In this document: positions 1 through 8,870 of the stretch, piece after piece | Position numbering within the stretch: position 1 is the stretch's first letter | Layout: each line of letters opens with the position of its first letter | Origin: a virus | Lineage: Duplodnaviria > Heunggongvirae > Uroviricota > Caudoviricetes | Virus record (IMG/VR): IMGVR_UViG_2545824713_000010 | DNA: 36,682 nt | Direction: 5' to 3' (one strand) | Position numbers and translations under genes: made by a program | The notes under the pieces: model-generated | The model's database searches: none | Told to the model about the DNA's origin: nothing | What the model saw: only the letters and a program-made list of their open reading frames with translations

Positions 1-1005
1 TTAATCCCCCGTGGACACTGCGTGGACACTCACGCCACCTTTCAGCGGATTAAGGGCCACCGCATCCTGCAGGTAATCCGGTGCAAAATGTGCATATGCC
101 ATTGTTTGCTGAATGGTTGCGTGGCCAAGAATCTTCTGAAGCGCAATAATGTTTCCTCCGTTCATCACAAAATGGCTGGCGAACGTATGCCGCAGCACAT
201 GTGCAGCCTGGCCTTTTGGTAAATCGGGCTTAACTCTTTTCAGCGCCAAGCAGAATTCCCGGTACTTCACCTCAAACAAGCCGCCTGTTTCTCTGGTTTT
301 GATCGCCTCACAAACTGCCTGCGAAATTGGCACTGTTCTCTTTCGGCCATTTTTGGTTTCAAGAAACGTTACACGGTTATGAACTATCTGTTCACCACGA
401 AGCTTACAAGCTTCACTCCAGCGCGCCCCTGTGCTTAAACACAAAAGCGCAACACGCCAGTAGTCGCCATCCAGTGTATCGAGCAATAGCGCTACTTCCT
501 TCTGGGACAGGAAAGCCATTTCTCGCGGGGATACATAAAGAATGGAGATCCCCCTTACCGGATGTTCTACATCCCAAAGGCCTATTCTTTTCAGAACAGT
601 AAACATGCCGGATAGTCGGTTCATGTACCTGTTAGCAGATGACGGTTTCAATCCAGCAGCTATCTTTTGAGAACGCCACGCGATAATTTTCAGCTTATCA
701 AGATCCACAGCCTGCATATCAGCGCCAAGCTCATTGATTATGTTGCACAGTTGTTTTCGGTCTTCTTCCGCCTTACGCCTGTGTTGACCGTGATACATCC
801 ACCACAACTCAAGCAAATCATTTAGCGTTCGGCGATCACGGTAGCCCTGTATATATTCCCGCTTTTCAGCGTTCGCCATGATGTAGCGTTCAGTGGCCAC
901 CGCTACCGATTTTTTGTCAAATACCTTACGCACGCGCTTTCCCTTGCGTCCGTTCGGCCTGATGTCCAGCAAATAACGACCATCTTCGAGCTTCTTAATT
1001 GACAT
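1..1005 (-). CDS. int: Tyrosine integrase, P2 Int-like
   Basis: ORF 1..1020(-); the likely true start is the internal MSIKKLEDGRY (P2 Int begins MAIKKLDDGRY from memory). C-terminal region carries conserved tyrosine-recombinase residues (ARWSEA, HVLRHTFASH, YAHF). Confidence 0.9.
   Translation of the reverse strand: MSIKKLEDGRYLLDIRPNGRKGKRVRKVFDKKSVAVATERYIMANAEKREYIQGYRDRRTLNDLLELWWMYHGQHRRKAEEDRKQLCNIINELGADMQAVDLDKLKIIAWRSQKIAAGLKPSSANRYMNRLSGMFTVLKRIGLWDVEHPVRGISILYVSPREMAFLSQKEVALLLDTLDGDYWRVALLCLSTGARWSEACKLRGEQIVHNRVTFLETKNGRKRTVPISQAVCEAIKTRETGGLFEVKYREFCLALKRVKPDLPKGQAAHVLRHTFASHFVMNGGNIIALQKILGHATIQQTMAYAHFAPDYLQDAVALNPLKGGVSVHAVSTGD
11..28. other. Putative att core copy (gtggacactgcgtggaca) overlapping the 3' end of int
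   Basis: 17 of 18 bases identical to 35502..35519 (gtggtcactgcgtggaca); lies in the last codons of int, where P2-type att cores sit. Confidence 0.45.
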
Positions 1006-1101
1006 TGCGAAGCCCTCCAATGAACCGCCCTACAATTTCTCCAGCCTCTTTCCAGCAATAATCAGACCAGACAAAGAGCAGGTCTAACCAGTTTTCTGGC
1101 C

Positions 1102-1422
1102 TTAGCGGGGTAATTTTTGGTTTGTTTCGGTTGAAACCTGATCGCCCTCCGAACCGAAGAAGCCATCAAGAGAGAGAGGCGGAGCAATCTGCCCCGTCGC
1201 AGCATTAGTTTGATTAAACATCACCCAATCCGAATACTTCCGAAAACGAGGATGATTCAAAATCAGGAGTAACGTTTCTCCAGGTATCATTCTTCCCAAT
1301 ATTTCATAATTTTTGAGATTGTATTGAGATACCCCTGTCACCTCTTCCATCTCTCTACGTGACAATCCCTCTGCCTCTCGAATCAGGCGAAGTTTTTCTC
1401 CAAGGCTTGATTTATGGATCAT
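1102..1422 (-). CDS. C: Immunity repressor, P2 C-type
   Basis: ORF 1102..1440(-); the track start is a GTG, the probable start is the ATG at MIHKSSLGEKLR. Similar to P2 C as recalled (RFRKYSDWVMFNQ and TGQIAPP versus QFTKYTLWFMTNQ and SGQIAP). Divergent from cox. Confidence 0.8.
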   Translation of the reverse strand: MIHKSSLGEKLRLIREAEGLSRREMEEVTGVSQYNLKNYEILGRMIPGETLLLILNHPRFRKYSDWVMFNQTNAATGQIAPPLSLDGFFGSEGDQVSTETNQKLPR

Positions 1423-1537
1423 ATGTGATCTAAACTCCACGCTATTGGGTTACATGTGATACAAAGCATTCAAATAGCCAAAATAAGCCTATATAAGCTA
1501 TTTTGGGCCATTTGGACGAATTAAGGAGATTACCACA
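1419..1537. promoter_or_regulatory. C/cox divergent switch region with direct repeats (catatgtgatc at 1420..1430, tacatgtgata at 1451..1461)
   Basis: Intergenic region between divergent repressor and cox; P2 C binds direct repeats overlapping Pe. Exact operator and promoter positions not determined. Confidence 0.35.
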
Positions 1538-1825
1538 ATGAGCGAATCAGAGCTTGAGGGGTTCATTCAGGTAGCACCATATCCACTTGAAGCGGTGCCA
1601 TATCAACTATTTGCCAAGATGATTGGTCGCAAAGAATCAACCGTCAGAACCATGATTGACGCTGCAAAGTTACCAACGATTGACTTTGTGAAACCAGGTT
1701 CAGTGAAGACGCGAGCATCAGAAAACTGGGTATATCTGCCAGCATTTAACGCAGGTATGCGCAAAGCGTTTTTTGATCAGCCGAAAGAACGCCGCGATGC
1801 ATGGTTGTTGTGGCTGGGGCTTTAA
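1538..1825 (+). CDS. cox: Cox excisionase/transcriptional regulator
   Basis: 95 aa; motifs AVPYQLFAKMIGRKESTVRTMID, NWVYLPAFN and AWLLWLGL match P2 Cox as recalled; RBS aaggag upstream. Confidence 0.85.
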   Translation: MSESELEGFIQVAPYPLEAVPYQLFAKMIGRKESTVRTMIDAAKLPTIDFVKPGSVKTRASENWVYLPAFNAGMRKAFFDQPKERRDAWLLWLGL

Positions 1826-1831
1826 TCATAA

Positions 1832-2038
1832 ATGACCAGCAATATCACCAGCGCCATTTTGGATCTTGTATTCCTAGAAGTGAGTGTAATAGCGATTTAT
1901 CTGCTTAGCAAGCTAACAGGACAAAAAGAACGCTTTATTGTTCTCAACGTTCATTACCTCGCCGCTTATGCCAGAGGTCTTTTTCCGATCACCATTGGTG
2001 CGGTGCTCATGGCGTTTGTTATTTGGCTCATCGGGTAG
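1832..2038 (+). CDS. Small hydrophobic protein (P2 orf78 position)
   Basis: 68-aa ORF directly after cox with two predicted hydrophobic segments; positional only. Confidence 0.4.
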   Translation: MTSNITSAILDLVFLEVSVIAIYLLSKLTGQKERFIVLNVHYLAAYARGLFPITIGAVLMAFVIWLIG

Positions 2039-2049
2039 AGGCACGAAAA

Positions 2050-2508
2050 ATGAATAAGCAACAGCGAAATGGCAAGCCCCATAACACGGGATTTCGTCGC
2101 AATTACTTTGAAAATGGGCGTTATGCCGGGGAAGTAAATAGGTACGGAGTTTTTGACATGAAGCAACAGTGCAATTCTTCACAGCAACGCTTCCGCAACG
2201 GGGAGGAACGCCATGCTAACCGTTTCGCTACCAGTACATCGCGTAGCAACTATCGCTACAGCCTGAGCGAAACACACGCCACACCTGATGGCCATCCCGT
2301 AAAACAAATTGGTGAACACACCTGGCTGATTGAGAAAGCTGGAATCGTGGTTCACAGATGCCCGCACAACCCATTTACCGGAAACCGCATTTTTGCTCTG
2401 AGCAACGGCGACAATCAGTTTGGGCAGGATTTCACATTGTACGAAGCGCTACGCACGGTTGATCGTCTGCTGCGCGGACAGAATTTCATTAAACAGGCTG
2501 ATTTATAA
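2050..2508 (+). CDS. Early-operon protein in the P2 gene B position (putative replication accessory protein)
   Basis: ORF 2023..2508; ATG at 2050 has the better RBS (agagg). Assignment is positional; sequence not confidently recognised. Confidence 0.5.
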   Translation: MNKQQRNGKPHNTGFRRNYFENGRYAGEVNRYGVFDMKQQCNSSQQRFRNGEERHANRFATSTSRSNYRYSLSETHATPDGHPVKQIGEHTWLIEKAGIVVHRCPHNPFTGNRIFALSNGDNQFGQDFTLYEALRTVDRLLRGQNFIKQADL

Positions 2509-2518
2509 CAGGTGCTTT

Positions 2519-2797
2519 ATGACCAAAGAGCATGCACAAGGTGTATTTATCCGTTTTATTGATTTTCGCGGTGAACTGTTATTACGCGCATCAGCTATTG
2601 ATGGAGTCGTCCCATCAGAAAAAAATGCAGCTACTTACGTTTATCTGAACGGCACGCGCCTGACCGTAGAACTTCCGTACCAGACTGTACACGAAATCAT
2701 TAGCGAAGCTGAAAAAGCACGTAATATTGATGGCGATAAACCCTATATCGAAATTATCTGCATGGATTCAGAAGCTGAAATTCAGAAAGCAGATTAA
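2519..2797 (+). CDS. Hypothetical early protein
   Basis: Internal ATG of ORF 2420..2797 with RBS aggtg; about 92 aa; co-oriented in the early operon. Confidence 0.5.
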   Translation: MTKEHAQGVFIRFIDFRGELLLRASAIDGVVPSEKNAATYVYLNGTRLTVELPYQTVHEIISEAEKARNIDGDKPYIEIICMDSEAEIQKAD

Positions 2798-2808
2798 AGG
2801 ACGTTGCG

Positions 2809-3051
2809 ATGGGCAAAGAATATAAAACTCTCATTAACAAAGCACTTGAGCGTTTTTATTTTCGCTTAAGTGCATCAGGCGCGCATGCTGAACGTGCAGC
2901 CCGTGACTCATTGACCAGGGCAATCCGGAGTCTGTATGACGTGGCTTTTTACGCTGATGATCTGGATGCACTTAACGAACTTTCCGAGCTGATCTGTGCC
3001 GCAGAATGCGGGGAACATATTGAACCGTATAAGCTAGGGAATATCGCATGA
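2809..3051 (+). CDS. Hypothetical early protein
   Basis: 80-aa ORF with RBS aagga upstream. Confidence 0.5.
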   Translation: MGKEYKTLINKALERFYFRLSASGAHAERAARDSLTRAIRSLYDVAFYADDLDALNELSELICAAECGEHIEPYKLGNIA

Positions 3052-3161
3052 GTATATTTATCTCATGGCTTGTTCTGATTATTTCGGTGGCCTGCGCCAT
3101 TGGGATTATGCGAATTATTAATTCAGTGAAAAAGATTGAACGCTTTTTCACTGGCGAATAA
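3048..3161 (+). CDS. Possible 37-aa membrane peptide (MSIFISWLVLIISVACAIGIMRIINSVKKIERFFTGE)
   Basis: ATGA start/stop overlap with the preceding ORF; single hydrophobic helix; below the ORF-track size cutoff, found by reading the sequence. Confidence 0.3.
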   Translation: MSIFISWLVLIISVACAIGIMRIINSVKKIERFFTGE

Positions 3162-3247
3162 CAGCGCAAATAAAACCACAGGTTAAATAAGAAAATGTAA
3201 AAACAATCCGCATTCGCGGAGGTATTCGCACACGCCAAGGAGGCGTA

Positions 3248-3451
3248 ATGGCAATTAAGCATTTTCCTGTCGTTCGTTTTACCTCCAGAGGACGTGAATA
3301 CGAAGTCGACGAACGCCTGATTACCACAATCGACAAACACCGTTCGGAAAAGGATGCACACCACATCTACCTCACTGACGGCACTTACTTCTGCGCCACC
3401 AACGTGGCGCGGGTGAATCTTATCCGACAGGTACAGGAGCCACGCAGATGA
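3248..3451 (+). CDS. Hypothetical early protein
   Basis: 67-aa ORF with strong RBS aaggagg. Confidence 0.55.
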   Translation: MAIKHFPVVRFTSRGREYEVDERLITTIDKHRSEKDAHHIYLTDGTYFCATNVARVNLIRQVQEPRR

Positions 3452-3714
3452 CCATTCTGGACTACATCGCTACCCATCCGGGTTGTAGCGGCGGAGAAAT
3501 CGCCGCAGCACTGAATACCCCAACCACAGCCATCAATGCTGAGTTACGCCGACTCTGGCGCGGCGGCTTAGTCATCAGAACAAACCGCAGCACAGGTGGT
3601 CGCGCTCGCAAAGCAGGAGGCCAGGCTTCTTATCACGTAAACCCGATGCCGTTCGGGTGTAGCAATCCACTTACTCACATGTTTAACCAGCTACTGAAGG
3701 AAGCCAGAGCATGA
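3448..3714 (+). CDS. Hypothetical protein, possible winged-helix DNA binder
   Basis: 88 aa; ATGA overlap with the upstream ORF; the segment GEIAAALNTPTTAINAELRRLWRGGLV looks like an HTH. Confidence 0.5.
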   Translation: MTILDYIATHPGCSGGEIAAALNTPTTAINAELRRLWRGGLVIRTNRSTGGRARKAGGQASYHVNPMPFGCSNPLTHMFNQLLKEARA

Positions 3715-4010
3715 GCACCATCAATCACCAGAAGCTACGCGAACTGGCATTTGCCCTGCAACGAATGGCAACGCTTCAAAAATTACTGGCATTTCGCGCA
3801 ATGCTCTCGCCGTCTGCTGTGCTGGCGCTGCAGGATGAGCTGGAGCACGCCAGAACCACACCTCTAGCCATTCGCCTGACGCTCCGTCATGAAATCGAGG
3901 ATTTCTGCGCGACGTTGGAGGCGCCAGGTGAACCGGAAACGCCGGAAGCAATACAGCAAGAGCTGCTGCAACGCATTGACAAGGTTTTTGATTTTTTTCT
4001 GAACCACTAA
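3711..4010 (+). CDS. Hypothetical early protein
   Basis: 99-aa ORF, ATGA overlap with the upstream ORF. Confidence 0.5.
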   Translation: MSTINHQKLRELAFALQRMATLQKLLAFRAMLSPSAVLALQDELEHARTTPLAIRLTLRHEIEDFCATLEAPGEPETPEAIQQELLQRIDKVFDFFLNH

Positions 4011-4332
4011 GAAACCAGAACATGCACACACAAAAAAACCGCTTGCCATGCCGCAATCAGCCAGGTTACATTTCCGCTGCACCTCACAAAACGGGTGCCG
4101 GGTTTCGCAGCCTGCTGACAAACATAGCGCACAACCGCGCCAGCGGTTTTTTTGTGCGTACTGTATCGCCACGTTTTTTTCGCACACGAATTATGGCGGG
4201 GCGTACGGGGCCGACTTCGGTCGGGCCGGGTTCTATGTTTGCCGGTACTGCGAACCTCGTACGTCTCGCCACCCACAGTTTCGCAGCTCTGGATGGTGAG
4301 TTTTCAAAACTTACACACATAGAGGCCACACC

Positions 4333-4563
4333 ATGGCAAACCGCAAACAGCACCGCACTATCGCGGAGCGTCGTCACATCCAGACTGAAATCGATCGCAG
4401 ACTCACCCGCGCTGCACACATCGCCTTTATCATGCAATCCAACACATTGCACAGACTCAACAGCACTATTTCAGCCGACTACTGCGCCGCTGTATTCAGC
4501 TATCTGGCGGAAGACCTCCTGTCTCTTCAGGATCTCATCCAGCAGCAAAACAAACTCCATTAA
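4333..4563 (+). CDS. Hypothetical protein
   Basis: 76-aa ORF with RBS agagg. Confidence 0.4.
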   Translation: MANRKQHRTIAERRHIQTEIDRRLTRAAHIAFIMQSNTLHRLNSTISADYCAAVFSYLAEDLLSLQDLIQQQNKLH

Positions 4564-4635
4564 TTCCTGTTCCGGGCCTTTCCTGCACCTTGCGGCGGGA
4601 GGCCTTCGCACATCTGTAACAAGAGGATTGCCGCA

Positions 4636-5001
4636 ATGATTCTCGCCAACGACTTTCTTGAATACCTGCTCAACACAGAGCGTGATCTTGCCGTTCGCGT
4701 GCGTGAACGTTATGACATGTACCTGAAATCCCTGCCTGTACCGCAGCTCGCTGACGGAAAGATTGTTATTGATGGTCGCTACATGATTGACAGCCACGAG
4801 GGAAATTACAGGCTTTACCGCATTGAAGGTGGCACTCCGTCCGTTATTGGCATTTACCAGCGCCCATCCTCTGCAATCGTCGATGTGATTGCCGACAGCA
4901 TCCGCATCACACATCGCTATGCCGACACAGAAGACACCGTGCTGGAAATTCAGCGGCTGGCTGCCGTTTGCCGTGACACCCTGAACGGTATGACGCAGTA
5001 A
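4636..5001 (+). CDS. Hypothetical protein immediately upstream of A
   Basis: 121-aa ORF with RBS aagagg. Confidence 0.5.
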   Translation: MILANDFLEYLLNTERDLAVRVRERYDMYLKSLPVPQLADGKIVIDGRYMIDSHEGNYRLYRIEGGTPSVIGIYQRPSSAIVDVIADSIRITHRYADTEDTVLEIQRLAAVCRDTLNGMTQ

Positions 5002-5007
5002 ATCAGT

Positions 5008-7830
5008 ATGACGACAGAGTACATCAGGGACTGGCAACAACCGCGCCACGCAGTGGGGCGTGAAGGAACGGGGATCCCCGCACCTGAATCCGCGCTTTCC
5101 TCCTGGCTGGATGCCTACCGGGCAGAGAACGAGCGCCGACAGGAAAAGGCTGATGCGGCGTTCTCCGCCACGCCGCTGGGCAACCTGATTAATAAAAGCC
5201 TGGATGCACAGGAAAAACAGGACAAAACCATCACACTGGCAGGAGACGCCAGAAAGCAGGCACGCGGCGCGGTGGATGAAGCCATGGCCTCGCTGCGCCT
5301 GCTGCCGTCCTATCTGCGCGATCCGCTTATTCGCCACCTCTCCTTCCTGCGCAAAAAACAGGAATCTGACCGCCAGAAAGGTAAAAAGAACCAGCAGGCG
5401 GAACGCTATGCACGCGGAACCCTGCGCAAAATATTCGAACGTCTGGATCGCACTGACGGACGCTGGCTGACACCGGGTTATCGCTCCCTTGCCGGACGCG
5501 AACGCCTGGACGATTTGCTTTACCTGCCGCAGCTCAACAAACACCAGATACAGACGCTGGCCACCATGACGGCGGCGATGTTCAGCAGCACCTTCGAAAA
5601 ACTCTGCGATGGCTTTGGCGCGACCGATGGCGAACTGACCATGGATGTAACGCTGAAGACGTATCAGATGCTGGCCCGCATGGCGTTACACCTGCACATC
5701 ATGCCTCCACATTATGACGCACTGACAACAGATAAAGACCGGAGGAACGAACCGGACACGGAGCTGCTGCCGGGCGCAGTCCTTCGCCTGACCTGTGCGG
5801 AATGGTGGAAACGCAAACTGTGGCTGTTACGTTGCGAGTGGAGAGAAGAACAACTCCGCGCCGCCTGTCTGGTTTCCAGAAAAACATCGCCCTATCTGAG
5901 CCAGGACGCATTAAGCGAGTTTCGCGCACAGCGCGAGAAAACACGCGATTTCCTGAAAAGTTTCATGCTGGAAAATGAAGACGGGTTCACGATTGATCTC
6001 GAGACGGTGTATTACGCGGGAGTAAGTAACCCGGTTCACCGTAAGGCAGAAATGATGGCCACCATGAAGGGGCTGGAACTTCTGGCCGAAGCCCGTGGCG
6101 ACAGAGCGGTGTTTCTGACTGTCACCTGCCCGTCAAAATACCACGCAACAACGGAGAACGGTCATCCGAATCCCAAATGGAACGGGGCCACCATGCGCGA
6201 CTCCAGCGATTACCTGGTTAACACGTTTTTTGCGGCGGTCCGCAAAAAACTGAACCGCGACGGTCTTCGCTGGTATGGCATCCGCACGGTGGAGCCTCAC
6301 CATGACGGCACTGTGCACTGGCATATGATGGTCTTTGCACATCCGGACGAGATTGAAACCATCGTGTCCCACGTCTGCGATATTGCCATTCAGGAAGACC
6401 GCCACGAGCTGGGCGATGACATAACTCCGCGTTTTAAAGCGGAGTACGTCGACGGCTCAAAAGGCACGCCAACCAGCTACATCGCCACCTACATCGGAAA
6501 GAACCTGGACAGCCGCGCCGTGGATGGTATCGACCCGAAAACGGGCAAGCCACGCGTTGACCACGAAACCGGAAAATCAATGGCCGAGAGCGTGGAGCGC
6601 GCCATCGGCTGGGCGCGCCTTCACCGGGTCCGCCAGTTCCAGTTCTTTGGCATCCCCTCCCGTCAGGTGTGGCGTGAACTGCGCCGCCTTGCCAGCCAGA
6701 TGGCACGCAACCCGGAAGGCCCGCAACGGCTGAAGGATGACGCAATGGATGCAGTGCTCGCTGCCGCTGATGCCGGGTGTTTTGCCTCCTACATTGAAAA
6801 ACAGGGCGGCGTACTTGTTCCACGCAAAGACTACCTGATTCGCACCGCCTACGACCTCGCAGATGAGCTGAACGATTACGGCGAACAGAGCGTACAGATT
6901 TACGGGATCTGGTCACCACTCATCGGGGAGTCTTCCCGTGTGTGCACACATCCGGATAACTGGAAGCTGGTAAGACGTAAACCGGAAGCGGAAGACAGCG
7001 CCCGCGAAAATGGTTTTGACCTTCAGGGCGGTCCTGCCGCCCCTTGGACTCGTGGCAATAACTGTCCCCGTGTACAGGAAACAGGCAACAGCGGGACAGA
7101 ACAGTCGAAAGAACGGCCAGCACCGTGGCCGCAGCTTCCTGACGGCGTTGAAGTGAACGAATGGATGCGCTCACTGAAACGGCACGAACGCCGGGCGCTG
7201 ATGCGTTCGCTTCGTGACAAACAGGCAAAAAACAGCAGTGATGAAATGCAGAGCTGGACACAGAGCCGCAAACAGCAGCGGCCTTTGCCTGATAACCACG
7301 AATTACTCGCTAAAGAATGGCGGGAGTCTGCCGAATCTCTCGGCCTGCATATCGGTGAACAGCAGACGCAGCACCTGCTACGGGGCGGCAGCCTGTACGT
7401 TGACGGCAGCATCATTGCACCGCAGGGATATGAAATTGTACGCAAACCGGATACCCGCCCGGACAGCCGAATCACGCAGCTCTGGCAGCACCTGAGCCGT
7501 AATCACGGCGTAAGCAGCACGGAGATCCGCCATAACCCGGTCGCCAGCTATCTGGCACAGCTGGGGGCATCAGACCCCGAAGCCGCCGCACGCCTGGCAT
7601 CCGCACTTCAGCAGGATCAGAACACCATGAAAACACCCGTTACCGTGCTTTCTGACATGCTGCGCGCCATCCGCGACGCAGAGCACGCACAGAGAATCAG
7701 TGAAACCACTGAACGCGCCAGCCGCAAAGCAGACCTGCTGCAGGGTGGCCTGACCAGTGGAAACAAAAAACAGACAGAAACGGGACTCACGAATCCCGTA
7801 AATGAGCAAAAAACGCGCAGCGATATATGA
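5008..7830 (+). CDS. A: Replication initiation endonuclease, P2 gpA family (rolling-circle initiator), with a long C-terminal extension
   Basis: 940 aa; HUH-like motif TVHWHMMVFAHPDE and paired tyrosines in YIATYIGKN are typical of the gpA nickase; position matches P2 A. Confidence 0.85.
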   Translation: MTTEYIRDWQQPRHAVGREGTGIPAPESALSSWLDAYRAENERRQEKADAAFSATPLGNLINKSLDAQEKQDKTITLAGDARKQARGAVDEAMASLRLLPSYLRDPLIRHLSFLRKKQESDRQKGKKNQQAERYARGTLRKIFERLDRTDGRWLTPGYRSLAGRERLDDLLYLPQLNKHQIQTLATMTAAMFSSTFEKLCDGFGATDGELTMDVTLKTYQMLARMALHLHIMPPHYDALTTDKDRRNEPDTELLPGAVLRLTCAEWWKRKLWLLRCEWREEQLRAACLVSRKTSPYLSQDALSEFRAQREKTRDFLKSFMLENEDGFTIDLETVYYAGVSNPVHRKAEMMATMKGLELLAEARGDRAVFLTVTCPSKYHATTENGHPNPKWNGATMRDSSDYLVNTFFAAVRKKLNRDGLRWYGIRTVEPHHDGTVHWHMMVFAHPDEIETIVSHVCDIAIQEDRHELGDDITPRFKAEYVDGSKGTPTSYIATYIGKNLDSRAVDGIDPKTGKPRVDHETGKSMAESVERAIGWARLHRVRQFQFFGIPSRQVWRELRRLASQMARNPEGPQRLKDDAMDAVLAAADAGCFASYIEKQGGVLVPRKDYLIRTAYDLADELNDYGEQSVQIYGIWSPLIGESSRVCTHPDNWKLVRRKPEAEDSARENGFDLQGGPAAPWTRGNNCPRVQETGNSGTEQSKERPAPWPQLPDGVEVNEWMRSLKRHERRALMRSLRDKQAKNSSDEMQSWTQSRKQQRPLPDNHELLAKEWRESAESLGLHIGEQQTQHLLRGGSLYVDGSIIAPQGYEIVRKPDTRPDSRITQLWQHLSRNHGVSSTEIRHNPVASYLAQLGASDPEAAARLASALQQDQNTMKTPVTVLSDMLRAIRDAEHAQRISETTERASRKADLLQGGLTSGNKKQTETGLTNPVNEQKTRSDI

Positions 7831-7878
7831 AGCGCGCAAAAAACAGGCAAAAACGGGATTTCAGAATCCCGTAAACGA
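7765..7878. repeat. Two imperfect 41-bp direct repeats (7765..7805 and 7838..7878), each with an internal palindrome (acggga...tcccgt)
   Basis: Copy 1 encodes the last codons of A; copy 2 lies in the A-parM spacer with a perfect 8-bp inverted repeat acgggatt/aatcccgt. Confidence 0.6.
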
Positions 7879-7906
7879 TTAATTAATCAACATAAGGAAA
7901 AGCGAC

Positions 7907-8866
7907 ATGAAAATTTGTATCGACGACGGCTCCACCAACATCAAGCTGGCATGGACTGAGAACGGCGAACGCCGCAACGCCATCAGCCCGAACAGCTTCA
8001 AGTCGGAATGGTCTGCGCCGTTCGGTGGCACGCAGCCCGCGAACTACATGCTTGATGGCGTGCGCTATGGTTTTGATCCGGTCAGCGATCGCTTTGTCCA
8101 GACGACCGACACGCAATACCAGTACAGTGATGTGAATGTCATTGCCATTCATCACGCGCTGGTCAAATCAGGCATCACGCCACAGGAGGTGGATGTGGTT
8201 GTCACCCTGCCACTGAGCGAGTATTTCGACACAAACGCACAGCCGGACATAGCCAACATCAACCGCAAAAAAGCGAACGTTATGCGCCCGGTGGAGTACC
8301 AGAACGGCGAAGCATTCACTATCCGTAACGTGCGGGTTATGCCTGAATCCATTCCGGCTGGCTTTAAGGCACTGGCTGACATGAGTCCGTTTGAATCCCT
8401 GCTGATTGTGGATTTGGGCGGAACCACGCTGGATGTGGCAAAGGTTCAGGGGCAGCTGGCAGGTATCAGCCAGGTGTTTTGCGATCCACACGTAGGCGTT
8501 TCCCTGATGGCTGATGCCGTGCTGTCGGTGATGGCCACTAACGGTATGCGTACCAGTCACCACATCGCCAATACCATTATTGAGCACCGTCACGATGAAG
8601 CCTGGCTGCGCCAGCACATTCACAATGACGCGCATTACAACAGCCTGATGGCGGTTATTCGTGAAAAGGAGGAGACACTGAAACAACGAGTGATCCGCGC
8701 GCTGGCGGGTTTTTCCGGTTACGGGCGGGTGATGGTTGTCGGTGGAGGGGCGGAGATTGTGGCACCCGCTATCCGCGAAGCCTGCGGAGTTAATGCGACT
8801 TTCATCACGGACGGGGTGCCACATTTTGCTCTGGTTAATGGGCTGTACGCAATGAACAAGGAGTAA
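7907..8866 (+). CDS. parM: ParM/StbA-family actin-like ATPase
   Basis: 319 aa; N-terminus MKICIDDGSTNIKLAW closely matches plasmid R1 ParM/StbA as recalled (FIDDGSTNIKLQW), and YSDVNVIAIHHAL resembles the R1 WQYSDVNVVAVHHAL region; length equals ParM; RBS aagga. Confidence 0.8.
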   Translation: MKICIDDGSTNIKLAWTENGERRNAISPNSFKSEWSAPFGGTQPANYMLDGVRYGFDPVSDRFVQTTDTQYQYSDVNVIAIHHALVKSGITPQEVDVVVTLPLSEYFDTNAQPDIANINRKKANVMRPVEYQNGEAFTIRNVRVMPESIPAGFKALADMSPFESLLIVDLGGTTLDVAKVQGQLAGISQVFCDPHVGVSLMADAVLSVMATNGMRTSHHIANTIIEHRHDEAWLRQHIHNDAHYNSLMAVIREKEETLKQRVIRALAGFSGYGRVMVVGGGAEIVAPAIREACGVNATFITDGVPHFALVNGLYAMNKE

Positions 8867-8870
8867 ACCA

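Noticed and set aside
4022-4639. 205-aa plus-strand ORF spanning the non-coding gap and overlapping the 4333..4563 ORF
   Set aside because: No RBS, low-complexity translation, and it overlaps a better-supported ORF in another frame; the region is reported instead as a structured non-coding element.
4471-5544. 357-aa minus-strand ORF
   Set aside because: Antisense to the 4636..5001 ORF and the start of replication gene A, which have good RBSs and family motifs; long antisense frames are common in GC-rich coding DNA.
6434-7475. Several minus-strand ORFs (161, 113 and 150 aa) inside gene A
   Set aside because: Arg/Cys/Ser-rich low-complexity translations antisense to a well-supported gene.
8168-8824. 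218-aa minus-strand ORF inside parM
   Set aside because: Antisense to the ParM-like gene, whose N-terminal ATPase motif is unmistakable; judged a shadow ORF.
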